From contig NW_019217990.1 in the NCBI RefSeq assembly GCF_002571385.2, positions 300,248 to 364,247 of the forward strand: a DNA stretch of 64,000 nt. The letters are read 5' to 3'. The notes beneath the pieces are model-generated. The model did no database searches and was not told the DNA's origin. It saw only the letters and a list, made by a program, of their open reading frames with translations. Position 1 is the first letter of the stretch. Each line of letters starts with the position of its first letter. This document shows positions 62,948 to 64,000 of this stretch, piece after piece. The translations under genes and the position numbers were made by a program. The stretch comes from Stylophora pistillata (taxonomy: Eukaryota).

Positions 62948-64000
62948 ACCAGTTAGCTCAAGAGAGTCGAGGGTGGCTATTCAGCAGTTTTGCAGCAAGT
63001 CTTGCACCCTTGTTGAATTGCGGGTGGTATTTATATAACTTCTCTACGTAACCTTGCCTGTTTGTTTACCTAAAAAATTGCCAATGTCAAGGTCGCGAGT
63101 CACACTTGAGACGCTCTATTTATTTAACAAACAGATGGAGCGTGTCTTTTTCAAGGCCTACATCACGAAATCTACCCCTTCCATCTCTATATATTGCTCA
63201 AGTTGTAGACTTTTACTTTACCTAACATTCTAAATGAAATACCTCTAGAGGAAAAATACTAAATTGCTCATGCTTAAATAACAGTGCGCTATTTTTCATT
63301 CCCCCACCTCCACCTCCCGTCCCGCCCGGCCATTCTATTGTTACAATGAGTAACTATGGATACACATAAGACGGCAACTCTGTTAACAGTTTTGCTGTTC
63401 CTGAGGTTGCAAAACTTGAGCAAACAACATTTATAGTAAGGCAATGAGCAGCAAACCGACACGTCTGTCGGATAATCCGCCGTCATACTTATTAGTGTCA
63501 CAAACGCGTAATCATTTGTTACTTCCGTGACCTTAACAGCGCACATCGGTCAGATCGTTACCTTGGGTCTCTTTTATCTGTCACCGACAGCAATTTTACG
63601 CGTTGACGGTAATCGTCAAAAATACCGCAGCTTTCAACCTTGAAGAACAACCTGTGTTTATTATCCAAGGTTAAAGCCCGGTAAAAATAAACCTTCTCTT
63701 AGATATTATACCATAATCAGGAAGGGGATTACTAGAAGAATCAGATCAAATTTGATCAAGTTACTTTGAGAATTTTTGCGCGAAATCCATACACTTGTTT
63801 TGGTGAAAAAACAATCCTTATACGCTAAATCACGATTAAGTTGTTTTCACTGCTTCTGGAAACAGAGTCGTTAATGATACTGAGCTATAAATATCTATTT
63901 TCATGATTTGATTAGCCTTGACTGCGAAAGAGTAAGGTAACTACGTAAATGAAAAGGTTTGCAATACAAGGGATTTTACAGCCAAGGTCACAGTTGGGAA

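Overview
Eukaryotic, AT-rich, intron-rich animal genomic DNA. The gene set and repeat families point to a scleractinian coral, possibly pocilloporid (inference only). There are no prokaryotic operons or CRISPR arrays. Host genes: (1) the 3' part of a receptor guanylyl cyclase (+, 88-10994; TM helix, kinase-homology domain, cyclase); (2) a complete p120 RasGAP/RASA1 (-, 40755-13779); (3) Treslin/TICRR (-, 59765-43658); (4) an apparently single-exon clan-2 cytochrome P450 (-, 62947-61385) interrupted by one in-frame TGA; (5) a disrupted LITAF-domain gene nested antisense in a RASA1 intron. The introns hold many mobile elements: an internally deleted ISL2EU-type transposon, a PIF/Harbinger-superfamily element with AAT target-site duplication (TSD), two copies of a (TAA)n-associated RLE non-LTR retrotransposon, a 9-bp-TSD Academ-like element carrying a nested Penelope-type piece with a degenerate hammerhead ribozyme, a tRNA-like repeat and several MITEs. 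I did not find a wholly new biological system. The most interesting observations are two independent tandem duplications of splice acceptors, the in-frame UGA in an otherwise intact P450, and the microsatellite-associated retrotransposon. All calls were made by eye without database searches.
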